DNA of 59,348 nucleotides from Octopus bimaculoides (Eukaryota): positions 11,730,174-11,789,521 of the forward strand of contig NC_069006.1 in assembly GCF_001194135.2 (NCBI RefSeq). Reading direction: 5' to 3'. The notes under the pieces were generated by a model. It had not been told where the DNA came from. It saw only the letters and a program-made list of their open reading frames with translations, and ran no database searches. The translations under genes were made by a program, and so were the position numbers. Shown piece after piece: positions 58,073 through 59,348 of this stretch. Positions within the stretch are counted from its first letter, which is position 1. Every line of letters begins with the position of its first letter.

Positions 58073-58808
58073 GCCAAAATCAGAGGAGGAAGTGCAGTGC
58101 CCATGACCTCTTTTAGGAGCTCTAAGATTGTGGAAGGCAGTTACTCTGAGACTAGGGATAAGTCCCAATTACTCAAAACCATGTAAAGTTCATTAAAGGC
58201 ATTGAAAACACTGGAAGTGGTTGAGGTTGTTGTTGTGATAGTGGTACTGGATGTAGGAGTGTTAAACCAAGTGACATATTAAATCTATCTTTTGACGTGT
58301 AGGAATGATCCCTCCTACAGTCTTCCACATAGTTTTTCTTTGCCAGTAACCCTCTCCCCCCACACAAAAATGATCTTAGACAATCTGAGGCTATGAGAGA
58401 AGATGGTGCCAAATCAAATTGTGACAAATCAAATCAAAAGCATCTTTTCATATGTGCATCCATTAATATTTTTTGTATGCTGTTAATTTTTCTTTGAAGT
58501 ATGCATGAAAACAGCACCGGATTTAGATGAAGGGAGACTCCAGGTTATTCCACTTGTGTTCCAGAAGGCATATAATAACATTATAAATATTATGTACTTG
58601 TGATGGATATTCCCAAGGTTTTGAGGCCATAATCTATGGCCATTTAAGCCTAGAAATAAATTGGGGGTGGGGTGTCTCATGGAGAAGCTTTTGCAAAAAA
58701 TTAAAAAAAACCTAAAACAAAAAGCAATAAATTTGGCCTTAGGTTTTAATTCCTATTTTATTCTTACCACATTGTATGTCTGTATATATAAGTGTGTATT
58801 TATCTATA

Positions 58809-58879
<71 letters not shown>

Positions 58880-58884
<5 letters not shown>

Positions 58885-59140
58885 ACAAGTTTCAGTCATT
58901 AGAATGTGATCATACTTGAAGAGTTTTAGTCAAAAAAGGTTGACTTCCAGTATTTATTTTTCAGTCTGGTTGGTACTTATTCTACAGTTTTTTTTTGCTG
59001 ATCCATGCATATATACAATGGGCTTCCACACAGTTTCCATCAGCCAGATACACTCACAAGGCATTGGTAAGCCCAGGACTATAGTATAAAAGATATTTGC
59101 CCAAGGTACATGAACCTTCTTAACCACACAGCCATGCCTG
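58880..59140 (-). mobile_element. SINE family B copy (diverged)
   Basis: Tail GTTTCAGTCATT and CACTCACAAGGCATTGG segment. Confidence 0.55.
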
Positions 59141-59196
59141 GACCACTGAACTCAACATGTTTTTTTATCATCCTCTCTATTTATTTCCACTTATTC

Positions 59197-59325
59197 CTTT
59201 CTGCCGAAGAGGTTGGGCACAAAACATACAAGACTTTTCCATTTTTCCCAAGCATCAAACTAATACACTTGCTTGTTGTTCCTACACTTCTCTTTGTCTT
59301 TTGTTTTTCTATAAATTTGAACTAT
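59197..59325 (+). mobile_element. Penelope-type terminal repeat with decayed hammerhead motif, ending at (TA)n
   Basis: CUUU-CUGCCGA-A-GAG... core at 59197-59210; downstream sequence matches 35880-35968. Confidence 0.5.
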
Positions 59326-59348
59326 ATATATATATATATATATATATA

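Overview
AT-rich, repeat-dense animal genomic DNA with ten N-gaps. The repeat repertoire and microsatellite load suggest a coleoid cephalopod, most likely Octopus (inference from repeat content, not a database match). One complete protein-coding gene can be assembled: a 4-exon, 253-aa p24-gamma/TMED6-like cargo receptor on the minus strand (exons 32996-32733, 17819-17702, 16009-15864, 13919-13686). All introns are GT-AG and all phases join. Exons 3 and 4 are missing from the supplied ORF track in the correct frame. Two probable orphan exons of unidentified genes converge at the left end (906-1130 plus, 4250-4102 minus), and there are several weaker exon candidates elsewhere. The rest is mostly mobile DNA: many 5'-truncated RTE LINE ends with (GAT)n tails, three or four tRNA-derived SINE families, a 5'-truncated Penelope-like element (RT plus GIY-YIG) flanked by (TA)n, a decayed HERO-like RLE LINE, and maT/DD37D, mariner, pogo-like and MITE remnants. 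The most interesting signal is a set of hammerhead-ribozyme-like motifs in Penelope-type terminal repeats. One at 7099-7149 has an atypical GUGAACA core, a G3-C8 swap of the canonical C3-G8 pair, with perfect helices and a palindromic helix III. A related terminal repeat forms a fold-back just downstream of the TMED6-like stop codon. Also notable are two tRNA-like units enclosed in extended inverted repeats, several dsRNA-forming inverted repeats in the TMED6-like transcript, and a start-stop uORF 4 nt upstream of its ATG. All protein and family assignments come from motif recognition by eye. Repeat boundaries are approximate to about 10-30 bp.
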